This document shows, piece by piece, positions 1-8,310 of a stretch of 23,440 nucleotides of DNA. How positions within the stretch are numbered: position 1 is the stretch's first letter; each line of letters starts with the position of its first letter. A model generated the notes under the pieces. That model saw nothing but the letters and a program-made list of their open reading frames with translations, was not told the origin of the DNA and searched no databases. Source of the DNA: Bdellovibrionota bacterium FG-1 (lineage in GTDB: Bacteria > Bdellovibrionota > UBA1018); the NCBI GenBank assembly GCA_051382295.1, contig JBBCAW010000056.1, positions 1 through 23,440 on the forward strand, written 5' to 3'. The position numbers were made by a program, and so were the translations under genes.

Positions 1-2
1 CG

Positions 3-668
3 CGCTTTACGCGCGACCTTGATGCCCTTGCGTTTGACATCGACCAGAAAAAATCGATGGAGCTGATCAAAAACGCTCTTGAGCACAATCTTCATGACGA
101 GCTGTGGTTTGTAGATACCCGCGTGGAGCCCGTGCCGAATCAAGGTGAGTACGGAGGACTGCGGGCCAACTGTGGTTTTCATATTGGAAAGGAGCCGCCG
201 GAAAAAGCAAAAATCGAGAAACTTTCCCGGCTCCACATTGACATCGGCATTGGCGATGAGGTTCCGGCCCAAGCCAAAAGGTCAATCGCACGAATGCCGA
301 CCGTGCTGGGGTCGGCGCCGCTTTCGTGGCGAGTCTACCCGCTTGAGTTTATTTTCGCCGAGAAGCTTCAAACGCTGCTGGCCCGTGGGTCAGCCAACTC
401 GCGCGCCAAAGATGTCTACGACCTGGTGGAAATTTTTCCGAGGTGCAAGAGCAGCGCTGACATCGCCCGCGCGGTGCGCGTCGTCTGTCAAAAGCGGAAT
501 ACCAGGCTTCCAAAAAATCTCGTTGAAGTCGTGGGCCGCATAGATCGCGGTGTCCTCACGGCGGCATGGGGCAGTGTTGACGTCGCCGGGAAAGCGCCAG
601 CGTTCACGGATTGCTGGGACCAGCTCATGGCGCTTCTTACCAAGCTCGCCAAGGAACTTGTGGAGTGA
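3..668 (+). CDS. Nucleotidyl transferase AbiEii/AbiGii toxin family protein (5'-partial, type IV TA toxin)
   Basis: The frame is open from the window edge: RFTRDLD (nucleotidyltransferase R-x-T-x-D-x-D motif) precedes the listed Met at 57. Also LHIDIGIGD, YPLEFIFAEKLQT and NSRAKDVYDL, typical AbiEii motifs. Confidence 0.88.
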   Translation, partial: RFTRDLDALAFDIDQKKSMELIKNALEHNLHDELWFVDTRVEPVPNQGEYGGLRANCGFHIGKEPPEKAKIEKLSRLHIDIGIGDEVPAQAKRSIARMPTVLGSAPLSWRVYPLEFIFAEKLQTLLARGSANSRAKDVYDLVEIFPRCKSSADIARAVRVVCQKRNTRLPKNLVEVVGRIDRGVLTAAWGSVDVAGKAPAFTDCWDQLMALLTKLAKELVE

Positions 669-869
669 ACCCATGATCGAGTATAGCCCGTTCAAACCAC
701 ATCTTTGCTGGGGGCCGGGGCAGCTCCCGGAACGCTGGCTTGGACACGGAAAAATGTTCGCGACCGGTTTTTCGAATATGCGAAGCCATCACCTGCTGAG
801 TATAGTGGATTTTGAGCCGCGACCTCAAGGAGCAGGCTCAGCCAACGTTCGGAAGGCGGCCCCTAAGTC

Positions 870-1076
870 ATGGTTGCAGGGGACATCTTCGCGGGCGACT
901 TCTACATCGACGATCCCTATCAGGACTGCAAGTTCCGTTTCGAGAAGGTCGCCGGCAAGGTCTATGCACGTCCCTATGGGGAGGGAGAGAATGAGATCAG
1001 GCAAAGCAACTCGTGCTTTTGTGAGGCGCTCTCGGCCGGCAAGGTGATCACCAAGGAGGAGTATTACCGTGACTGA
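870..1076 (+). CDS. Small hypothetical protein (68 aa)
   Basis: Protein-like composition (DFYIDDPY...FRFEK...KVYARPYG...ITKEEY); in-frame stop just upstream fixes the ATG; converges on the MqsA-like gene. Confidence 0.55.
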   Translation: MVAGDIFAGDFYIDDPYQDCKFRFEKVAGKVYARPYGEGENEIRQSNSCFCEALSAGKVITKEEYYRD

Positions 1077-1126
1077 TGCAAGTTGAGGTTATTCGGTGTA
1101 GGGTCATTAACCTCGATCAGAGCCCA

Positions 1127-1555
1127 CTACATCGCTATCTTAAGCGTATTGTACTGTGGATCAGAAACTTTGAAGGAGCGGTTTTCAAACGCCAATGTTT
1201 TCAGAAAATTATAGGTCTGGAAACTGGGCTGCTTTCGACCGCTTTTTATTTCAGACAGGTGTTCCGGAGAAACACCGAGGTGGGCGGCCAATTCCGTTTG
1301 TTTGCAGCCCTCACGGGTTAAAATCGTTTCGATAAAAGCTTGAGTCTGTTCAATCACCGTTTCTTGAATAGCCTTGCTCAAGGCCGCAACATCCGCTCCA
1401 GACTCAACAGTGTTTTCGCATTGAGCACACTCTAAAACCTTGTGGTCTTTATTTAAGAAGACTGCTGGGTAATCCTTCCAAGGGAAGGGTTTTCCTTTTT
1501 GGTTCTTCAAATGTAAATCTCTTGAACCGCATTCGCCGCAACGCTTGTTTTTCAT
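1127..1555 (-). CDS. MqsA-like antitoxin (zinc ribbon + XRE HTH)
   Basis: CGEC...CAQC zinc ligands and C-terminal HTH (KQTELAAHLGVSPEHLSEIKSGRKQPS); 4-bp ATGA overlap with the upstream toxin. Confidence 0.85.
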   Translation of the reverse strand: MKNKRCGECGSRDLHLKNQKGKPFPWKDYPAVFLNKDHKVLECAQCENTVESGADVAALSKAIQETVIEQTQAFIETILTREGCKQTELAAHLGVSPEHLSEIKSGRKQPSFQTYNFLKTLAFENRSFKVSDPQYNTLKIAM

Positions 1556-1923
1556 CCGGATTCTCCTGCCGGAATTTTAATTCCGCCGATAGTGATCATT
1601 TCTTTTTCTGCTAAATGGAATGAAATTTCCTGTAACCCGTCCTCATCGATCATGAACTTTATGTACCCAGGGTAGCCTTCGTAAATTAAGCCGTACACGT
1701 CGGCTCCAGATCCCCATTGCAACACGGTCTGAACGAAGTGTTTCTCTGTCAATGCTTTGATCCCCAACAAGATGAATGCAGCCGCTTCAATTGGTGTTTT
1801 GTGTGTCTTTGTTTTGGCAAAAACAGCAACCACGGATCTGTAAGACCTGCTTGGCGCTGAGAACCAATAGTTTCCAGAATCAATGAGTGCAAATACATCA
1901 TGAAGGGAATACCTGGGTCTCAT
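1552..1923 (-). CDS. MqsR-like type II toxin (mRNA interferase)
   Basis: PRYSL N-terminus, ADVYG, YIKF and ISFH motifs; toxin-first order ahead of a Zn-HTH antitoxin. Confidence 0.8.
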   Translation of the reverse strand: MRPRYSLHDVFALIDSGNYWFSAPSRSYRSVVAVFAKTKTHKTPIEAAAFILLGIKALTEKHFVQTVLQWGSGADVYGLIYEGYPGYIKFMIDEDGLQEISFHLAEKEMITIGGIKIPAGESG

Positions 1924-1931
1924 TAAGTCAA

Positions 1932-1960
1932 AGTATACTTAAGCTCAGCTTAAGTGTCCA
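1932..1960 (-). promoter_or_regulatory. Sigma70 promoter of the mqsRA-like operon with operator palindrome
   Basis: Minus strand TGGACA-17 nt-TATACT, 8 nt before the ATG. Perfect inverted repeat ACTTAAGCT-C-AGCTTAAGT at 1937-1955 fills the spacer. Confidence 0.8.
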
Positions 1961-2055
1961 TAAGAAACTTTGTGTATCATCAACCCATGAAAACCATTAA
2001 AGTTGTTATCTAATAGCGTGTAAGTACGGAGGAGACGGATCAGGACAAAAATGGG

Positions 2056-2718
2056 TTAAGAGCCCGCAGCTCCATCCAAAAGTCCCGGTACTTTCACCAC
2101 CAACCGCGTGTGCGCACTCGTCGAATCCAAGCTCAACGTCCCACCCTGAATCTCCAACACCTTCCGCACCATGGAAAGCCCCCCCTCAGAAGGGACAGTG
2201 CCACCGTCCTCCACCCCAATCTCGACCTGCCCCTCGTTCACCGCCGCGACGATTCGTATCCAGGTGCCCGCCCCCTTCATCGCCCGAAGCAACAATTGCA
2301 CAAAAACCACGGTCATCCAGGTACCCTGGCATTCCAGCACGATCTCACTAGGCACGTCGACCGCTACTGCAATTCCTTGCTTTTCCAAGCGCGCGCGACA
2401 TAAATCCAAAGCACTCGACACAATCCCCTCGAGCGGAACCTTTTCAAAAGGCTGCGATCGATCAGGCCGAAGCCCTCCCACCACTGAACCCAAAGACTCC
2501 GAAATGCGCACCACCGTAGAGTCGATTTTTTCTATGTATTCGAGCTGTGTTGAAAGAGAAAATTTTTCGTTGCCGAGCGAATTCCGCAGCATTGATGCAA
2601 AGGCGCGAATCACCGAAAGCGGATTATTCACTTCATGAGCGGTGGTGCTCGCCAAAGTCCAAAGCGCGAGCGCTTCGCTGGTTTCAATAAAATCCAAATC
2701 TCGCTTAGAATTGGGCAT
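2056..2718 (-). CDS. Sensor-less HisKA-domain protein with degenerate HATPase domain
   Basis: H-box TAHEVNNPLSVI intact. N-box reads VFVQLLLRAMKG (no Asn); G1-G2 collapsed to EDGGTVPSEGGLSMV. Confidence 0.8.
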   Translation of the reverse strand: MPNSKRDLDFIETSEALALWTLASTTAHEVNNPLSVIRAFASMLRNSLGNEKFSLSTQLEYIEKIDSTVVRISESLGSVVGGLRPDRSQPFEKVPLEGIVSSALDLCRARLEKQGIAVAVDVPSEIVLECQGTWMTVVFVQLLLRAMKGAGTWIRIVAAVNEGQVEIGVEDGGTVPSEGGLSMVRKVLEIQGGTLSLDSTSAHTRLVVKVPGLLDGAAGS

Positions 2719-2726
2719 ATGCAGTC

Positions 2727-2735
2727 AAGCTAACA
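2727..2735 (-). promoter_or_regulatory. Extended -10 promoter (TGtTAGCTT) of the HisKA gene
   Basis: TG-n-TAGCTT 8 nt upstream of ATG 2718; no SD visible. Confidence 0.45.
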
Positions 2736-2737
2736 CG

Positions 2738-2774
2738 AAAAAAGCCCGGTCGCCATCCTCGGCAACCGGGCTTT
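2738..2774 (-). terminator. Rho-independent terminator after the sigma54 activator gene
   Basis: Minus strand AAAGCCCGGTTGCC-GAGGAT-GGCGACCGGGC-TTTTTT; may be bidirectional. Confidence 0.8.
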
Positions 2775-2803
2775 AGCTTTTCCTCAATGAAGAAAAACCT
2801 AAG

Positions 2804-3874
2804 TCATTGATTCAGCATCGGCGCCAAATTCGTCGGAAGCAGCTCGCCGTCTTCGCCCCTCTTGCGAGAAAGAGGCGTAATCATGCCGCGTTTTCGCAAT
2901 TTTTCGACCAAGGTCGTGCGATTCATGCTCAGCAGTTCGCTTGCGCGGTTTTTGTTACCGCCCGTACGAGTCAGCGCCTGATCCACCAAATGGTTTTCAA
3001 ACGCGTCCACAATCGCCTTGAGATCCAACCCCGATTGCGGCAGCACCATGCGAGGGAATTCCCACTCGCTCATCGCGCCCGCCCCGGCAGGACGCCCTTC
3101 GGCATACTGCTGGAAAATCCGGTGCGGAAGATCACCCAGATCCACCGAACCCTGACCCTTGAGAATCACCAGGCGTTCCATGAGGTTTTCAAGCTCACGA
3201 ACATTGCCCGGCCAATCGTAGGCCATCAAGGCATCCATGATCTGCCCACTTGGGGCCTCAACCGAATGTGCGGTCATTTCATTAAACTGCTGAATAAAAT
3301 GATTCACCAACATCGAAATATCCGCCTTGCGCTCACGCAAGCCAGGAATCTTGAGCGGAATCACATTCAGCCGGTAGTAGAGGTCCTCACGGAATTCACG
3401 ATTTTGAATCGCCACCTCAAGATCCTTATTGGTGGCGGCAATAATCCGCACATCCACATCCATCGTCTTGGAAGATCCGATCGGCTCAAACTGATGCGTT
3501 TGCAATACCCGCAACAACTTGACTTGCAAGTGCAGCGGCAGATCGCCAACCTCATCTAAAAAGAGCGTCCCCCCGTGAGCCAACTCAAATCGCCCCTGGC
3601 GATTATTGGTGGCTCCCGTAAAGGCACCCCTCACATGGCCGAACAATTCAGCCTCGAGCAACTCCGACGGAATTGCTCCACAATTAACAATAATCAGCGG
3701 CTTGTCCTTGCGATTCGAACTTTCGTGAATCGCGCGGGCAACGAGCTCCTTTCCTGTTCCGCTTTCACCCGTGATTAGTACCGTACTGTCTGTTTGCGAT
3801 ACCTTCTCAATCGTCTTGAGAATGTTTTGAATCGCGATAGACTCACCCACCAACGGCGAACGAAATGCGAGCAT
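2804..3874 (-). CDS. Sigma54-dependent enhancer-binding protein (AAA+ and Fis HTH, no receiver domain)
   Basis: GESGTGKE Walker A, GAFTGA loop, LFLDEVG Walker B, WPGNVRELEN, C-terminal NKNRASELLSMNRTTLVEKL HTH. GGAGGA SD at 3881-3886 favours ATG 3874 over TTG 3877. Confidence 0.93.
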   Translation of the reverse strand: MLAFRSPLVGESIAIQNILKTIEKVSQTDSTVLITGESGTGKELVARAIHESSNRKDKPLIIVNCGAIPSELLEAELFGHVRGAFTGATNNRQGRFELAHGGTLFLDEVGDLPLHLQVKLLRVLQTHQFEPIGSSKTMDVDVRIIAATNKDLEVAIQNREFREDLYYRLNVIPLKIPGLRERKADISMLVNHFIQQFNEMTAHSVEAPSGQIMDALMAYDWPGNVRELENLMERLVILKGQGSVDLGDLPHRIFQQYAEGRPAGAGAMSEWEFPRMVLPQSGLDLKAIVDAFENHLVDQALTRTGGNKNRASELLSMNRTTLVEKLRKRGMITPLSRKRGEDGELLPTNLAPMLNQ

Positions 3875-4152
3875 CAATGCTCCTCCGGTTTAAACCCGTC
3901 CTTGAGTTTAAGGATCGTTTTGTTTTGAGACTTCTTCTGTTACTACCCTAGTTGTTTGTTCTGTAGAGTGGAATCAACCTCACCACCCCTATACAAAAGG
4001 CTAAGCAACTTTTGCCGGGCTGTCAAAATTTTTTCCACATCAGTGAAGAATGCCAGAAAAAAAACGCTCGTGAACACGCCATCCAGACACGTGGACCAGC
4101 GAAATCATAGAATAATACTCAAAATTCCGACTCAGTGTACTCAATCCCCGCT

Positions 4153-4398
4153 TTAGTCGTTAAACCGGGTGTAGTCCCGGTTCAGAGCCTCACGCATCCA
4201 CCGATCCGAGTTCATATCACCTCGGAAAACCGCCCAGAGGATGATCAAAAGCCCCAAAAAAGCGGCAAAAGCAAATACGGGGTACTGTAACTTACTTCCA
4301 CGGCGGCGATAAAATGACCAAACCTGGGCAAGCACAATAATCACGCCGGCCGCCAAGTAAGGGAAAACTTTCGCCAATACGAAAAGAAAGTGAGTCAT
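4153..4398 (-). CDS. Small two-TM membrane protein
   Basis: 81 aa, two hydrophobic segments flanking RRRGSK; 12 bp downstream of metK on the same strand. Confidence 0.75.
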   Translation of the reverse strand: MTHFLFVLAKVFPYLAAGVIIVLAQVWSFYRRRGSKLQYPVFAFAAFLGLLIILWAVFRGDMNSDRWMREALNRDYTRFND

Positions 4399-4410
4399 CT
4401 TGGGAAAGGC

Positions 4411-5577
4411 CTATTTCAGGCTGCGAAGCGCTGAAACCTGGTCTATTTTCTCCCAAGTAAACTCGGGCTCATTTCGACCAAAATGGCCATAAGCCGCCGT
4501 TTTCAAATAAATCGGACGCAAAAGATTCAGCGACTCAATAATCCCGGCCGGACGAAGATGGAAAACCTCGCGCGCGGCGGCTTCAAGCTTTCGCAATTCA
4601 ATTTTTTCAGTACCAAAGGCATTCACCATCACACTGACTGGCTCAGCAACGCCAATCGCGTAGGCCAACTGAACCAAGCATTTGTCAGCCAATCCCGCAG
4701 CCACGATGTTCTTGGCCACGTAGCGGCCCATATAGCATGCAGAGCGATCGACCTTTGATGGGTCCTTTCCTGAGAAAGCACCACCGCCGTGAGCGCCGTG
4801 TCCGCCGTAAGTGTCGACGATAATCTTACGACCCGTCAGACCGCAGTCGCCCATGGGTCCGCCCACAACAAACCGTCCGGTCGGATTGATAAAGAATTTG
4901 GTTTTTGCATCGAGCAGATTCGCAGGAATAATCTTCTTAATGACTTCCTCGATCACCGCTTCTTGAATCTGTTTATGAGTCACATTTTCGTCATGCTGCG
5001 TGCTCACCACAATCGCATCGACTCGCCGAGGTACGCCGTTTTCATACTCAACGGTAACCTGGGTTTTTCCATCCGGACGTAACCACGAAAGGGTTCCATC
5101 CTTGCGAACATGAGAAAGCCGAAGAGCGAGCTTATGAGAAAGGTCGATCGTCAATGGCATCAGCTGTTCGGACTCATTGACAGCATAGCCAAACATAATG
5201 CCCTGATCGCCAGCACCCTGTTCCTTCTGATTGTGAATGCCTGCACCCGTGGTCACACCTTGGGAAATATCTGGGGACTGACGGTCGAGCGTAACAACGA
5301 CACCGCACGTCTTGTAATCAAAGCCCTTATCCGAAGAGTCGTAACCGATCTTCTTAACGGTTTGACGTGCAATGTCAGCATAATCCACACGAGCATTGGT
5401 GGTCACCTCGCCGGCAACAACAATCAACCCGGTAGTGACCAAGGTTTCGCAGGCGACCCGAGATTTTGGATCCTGGGTGAGGAGAGCGTCCAACACGGCG
5501 TCCGAAATCTGGTCTGCAATCTTATCTGGATGTCCTTCGGTAACTGACTCTGATGTAAACAGATAATTCCGTTTCAT
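4411..5577 (-). CDS. metK: S-adenosylmethionine synthetase
   Basis: [35 protein letters not shown] and AAYGHFGR signatures. Confidence 0.99.
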   Translation of the reverse strand: MKRNYLFTSESVTEGHPDKIADQISDAVLDALLTQDPKSRVACETLVTTGLIVVAGEVTTNARVDYADIARQTVKKIGYDSSDKGFDYKTCGVVVTLDRQSPDISQGVTTGAGIHNQKEQGAGDQGIMFGYAVNESEQLMPLTIDLSHKLALRLSHVRKDGTLSWLRPDGKTQVTVEYENGVPRRVDAIVVSTQHDENVTHKQIQEAVIEEVIKKIIPANLLDAKTKFFINPTGRFVVGGPMGDCGLTGRKIIVDTYGGHGAHGGGAFSGKDPSKVDRSACYMGRYVAKNIVAAGLADKCLVQLAYAIGVAEPVSVMVNAFGTEKIELRKLEAAAREVFHLRPAGIIESLNLLRPIYLKTAAYGHFGRNEPEFTWEKIDQVSALRSLK

Positions 5578-5619
5578 TGTACAAACTCCATAGATGTAAA
5601 TGACTTTGATTTCAAAAAG

Positions 5620-5745
5620 TTAATCAAGATGAATAGAAAACTTAGGGGTAGTCCCTTTGTTCTGTTCTTTACGCTTGCGAATCTTACCCTTGCGGGCCTT
5701 GCGAATCTTACGAGCGGTCTTGGTTTTCATGCGGCGAGAAGGCAT
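5620..5745 (-). CDS. 41-aa highly basic small protein (not in ORF track)
   Basis: MPSRRMKTKTARKIRKARKGKIRKRKEQNKGTTPKFSIHLD; GGAG SD 5 nt upstream; uniform AAG/CGC/CGT codon use. Confidence 0.8.
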   Translation of the reverse strand: MPSRRMKTKTARKIRKARKGKIRKRKEQNKGTTPKFSIHLD

Positions 5746-5854
5746 AAATTCTCCGAACTTCTAATACAAGTGAATTTAAAGCATGACGATTAGCCTTTTT
5801 GTCTCTGAATTGTCAAATGTAAGTTTGTTGTTAAATCTATTCATTGCTCCGGCT

Positions 5855-5869
5855 TGGCCTAACCCTTGC
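5855..5869 (+). promoter_or_regulatory. Putative sigma54 -24/-12 promoter of secretin-cpaF
   Basis: TGGCCTAACCCTTGC (GG-N10-GC, TGGC...TTGC), 13 nt before ATG 5883. Confidence 0.65.
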
Positions 5870-5882
5870 GTTACGACCGCCT

Positions 5883-7313
5883 ATGCAAATCATTTCCTCC
5901 TTATGGATTCCGCTGTTTTGCCTGATACTGGAAGGTTTTTGCGCTCCAGCCTGGGGAGTGGCACCCCTCGTCGCTTCGGACTCCGAAAAAGCCCCTTGGG
6001 TCCTGGGCCAAGGCGAACAGCGGATTCTGAGACTTGCCCATTTACTTAAGTACACCCTGGGCGGCCCCTGCATCCATGGCAAAACCCTGTCCTCTCACCC
6101 AGAAGGGCCAGAAAGGGATGGTATCCGACTGCTGCTCAAAGCAACGTGTCCCGGCCGAGCGGATTTGTGGATTTCTTACAAAAACGGAACTGCCGAGCAC
6201 CGGTCCATTCGAATTGAAAAAGTCACCCCCACAGAGCTGCCCCCCCTGTTAGAGCGGGCTTTGGGCCATCTCGAAGAAACCGAAGTCATCCTTTCGGGCG
6301 AAGGCGTCGTCCTTCGTGGCGAGGTCCGAAATTCGCGCGAAAGCGCCCGAATCCGATCATTGATCGAGCAATTCGCAAAAAACGTTCGAGACCAAACGGA
6401 GCCGTCGCCGGAGTTTCTCACGTCGACTCAAAAACAGCTTGACTCGTACATCCAAAACACCCCGGGTGCCGCCGCCCTCCAAATCGAGAAACAAGGCCGT
6501 TCGCTCTTTGTGCGCGGCAGCCTCGAACGCCCCGCTTTTATCCCCGAGTTTGAGCGTCATATTCGCCAAATCTACCCGCAGGCCATTCTCGAATTGGATG
6601 CACTCCCTGACGCCGCCCCGACTGTTTATTTTAGAGTTTTTTTGCTCGAACTCAAAAAAAGCCGCTTCCGCAATTTAGGCCTATCCTGGAGCGGCCGGCA
6701 AGAAGGCGCCTTTCGAATCACCTCTGGGGGGCTGACGGATGCCCTTTCTTTAGACATCGCGCTTGAAGCTCTCGAGGGTGATGGTTCAGTGAAAATTCTT
6801 TCTAATCCCGAGTTAGTCGTGCGCGCCCCAGGCGAGGCAGAGCTTTTTGCCGGGGGCGAACTCCCGATTAAAGTCAAAACCCGAGTCTCTCACTCGGTCG
6901 TGTGGAAAAACTATGGTCTCACCCTGCGCCTGAAAGTAACCCACTCCTCGGGTGATCGGGTGCGCCTGGATATTTTTACCGAAGTCAGTCACCTCGATTC
7001 GAGCATCGCTTTGGAGGATATCCCAGGCATTCAGGTCAATCGCATGAACACCCAGGTCGACGCCCGCTACGGAGTTCCGCTGCTGCTCTCTGGCCTCCTT
7101 CAACAAGGAATGCGAGAGCAAGCTAAGGGGCTGCCGTTTTTGCGAAACATCCCTATTCTTGGCCGCCTTTTCAGTTCTGAAGACTACCTCACTGAAAAAT
7201 CCGAACTCGTTGCGATTTTATTGCCCGCCTCCTCCCCGCCTTCGGCATCCATGAGTCCATTCACGGGCCTCACCCCCGAATCGCCGAGGAATGCACTCAA
7301 TGCCGCACACTAA
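5883..7313 (+). CDS. cpaC: Tad/Flp pilus secretin, CpaC/RcpA-like
   Basis: Signal-peptide-like N-terminus, BON-like middle, secretin C-domain (KILSNPELVV, AELFAGGELPI, WKNYGLTL, GLPFLRNIPILGRLFSS, ELV). ATG 5883 chosen over TTG 5844. Confidence 0.85.
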   Translation: MQIISSLWIPLFCLILEGFCAPAWGVAPLVASDSEKAPWVLGQGEQRILRLAHLLKYTLGGPCIHGKTLSSHPEGPERDGIRLLLKATCPGRADLWISYKNGTAEHRSIRIEKVTPTELPPLLERALGHLEETEVILSGEGVVLRGEVRNSRESARIRSLIEQFAKNVRDQTEPSPEFLTSTQKQLDSYIQNTPGAAALQIEKQGRSLFVRGSLERPAFIPEFERHIRQIYPQAILELDALPDAAPTVYFRVFLLELKKSRFRNLGLSWSGRQEGAFRITSGGLTDALSLDIALEALEGDGSVKILSNPELVVRAPGEAELFAGGELPIKVKTRVSHSVVWKNYGLTLRLKVTHSSGDRVRLDIFTEVSHLDSSIALEDIPGIQVNRMNTQVDARYGVPLLLSGLLQQGMREQAKGLPFLRNIPILGRLFSSEDYLTEKSELVAILLPASSPPSASMSPFTGLTPESPRNALNAAH

Positions 7314-8247
7314 CTCAACGCCGCCGTGGCTACTCACCCTCCTCCAACGCCCCGAGGTCACCGATATCTGCATCAATGGAACCGAGGAGGTCTACTTGGA
7401 TCAAGGCGACGGAATGGTTCGCCTCGAACACAAACCTCTTTGGAACCACGAAACCGAGATGCACCAATGGGTGCTTCACCACGTCGCGGCTGCAGGAAAA
7501 ACTTGGGATGCTCGGTATCCGTTTATCGATGCCACCCTTCTCAGCGGCCATCGATTGCATGTGGCGTTTCCGCCGCTTGCCCGCCCCGGAATTCTGATCT
7601 CCCTCCGAAGACTGGCCCAGCCCCGAATCGAGTCACGCTGGAAAAACTCGCCCTATTACGAAGTTTTGTGCCAAGCCGTACGCCGGGGCGAATCAATCTT
7701 GGTCGCCGGTGCCACCGGAAGTGGCAAAACGACGCTCGTCAATGACCTCCTCGGTGAGATCCCCTCCCATCAAAGAATCTTAGCTCTCGAAGACACGCCT
7801 GAACTCTGGCCCGCGCACCCCCATTTTATTTCACTCAATAGCCGCCCCCCCAATGCCGACGGATTTGGTGAGGTCACACTCAGAACCCTTCTCAAGCAAG
7901 CGCTCCGGATGCGGCCAGACCGAGTGATTTTAGGCGAATGTCGCGGTGCTGAAGTTCTTGATTTACTTCAGGCCCTCAACACCGGGCACCCAGGGGCGAT
8001 GACCACCGTCCACGCTAATTCTCCACGAGATGCTCTCCGTCGCATTGAGCTCCTTTGCCTGCTTGCCGCAGGGACAGCTATCCCGCTCTCAGCGATTCGC
8101 GAACTTCTGGCCTGTGGGATCCAGTGGTTAGTTCAAGTCGGACGGGTTGCCTCTCAAAATGGGCAGCCGCGTCGCGAGATTTTAGAGATCGGACGAGTCG
8201 AGGGCCGAGAGGGGGACACCATTTTGATTCGCCCCCTCATGAAGTAA
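7300..8247 (+). CDS. cpaF: CpaF/TadA family pilus assembly ATPase
   Basis: VTDICING, GATGSGKTT, LEDTPEL, ALRMRPDRVILGECRGAE, TGHPG...TVHANS. Overlaps the secretin 3' end; start is 7300 (GAGGA SD) or 7291. Confidence 0.93.
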   Translation: MPHTNSTPPWLLTLLQRPEVTDICINGTEEVYLDQGDGMVRLEHKPLWNHETEMHQWVLHHVAAAGKTWDARYPFIDATLLSGHRLHVAFPPLARPGILISLRRLAQPRIESRWKNSPYYEVLCQAVRRGESILVAGATGSGKTTLVNDLLGEIPSHQRILALEDTPELWPAHPHFISLNSRPPNADGFGEVTLRTLLKQALRMRPDRVILGECRGAEVLDLLQALNTGHPGAMTTVHANSPRDALRRIELLCLLAAGTAIPLSAIRELLACGIQWLVQVGRVASQNGQPRREILEIGRVEGREGDTILIRPLMK

Positions 8248-8310
8248 ATAAGTCGAAGCACTAAGGGGAACTGGCGCTCCTCCAAAACTCAGGGTAATAC
8301 CTTTTTTCTG

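Noticed and set aside
550..1047. 165-aa plus-strand ORF
   Set aside because: Overlaps AbiEii and the 68-aa gene out of frame; Arg/Ser-rich composition typical of a spurious frame.
2807..3559. Long antisense ORFs (also 13256-13942 and 20976-21677)
   Set aside because: Shadows of well-supported genes on the opposite strand.
4005..4039. Sigma54 promoter or FleQ-like box upstream of the activator gene
   Set aside because: GGCAAAAGTTGC has 8-nt rather than 10-nt spacing, and TGTCAAAATTTTTTCCACA matches only a half-site.
5578..5619. SAM riboswitch upstream of metK
   Set aside because: Only 42 AT-rich bp separate metK from the small ORF, with no recognisable aptamer.
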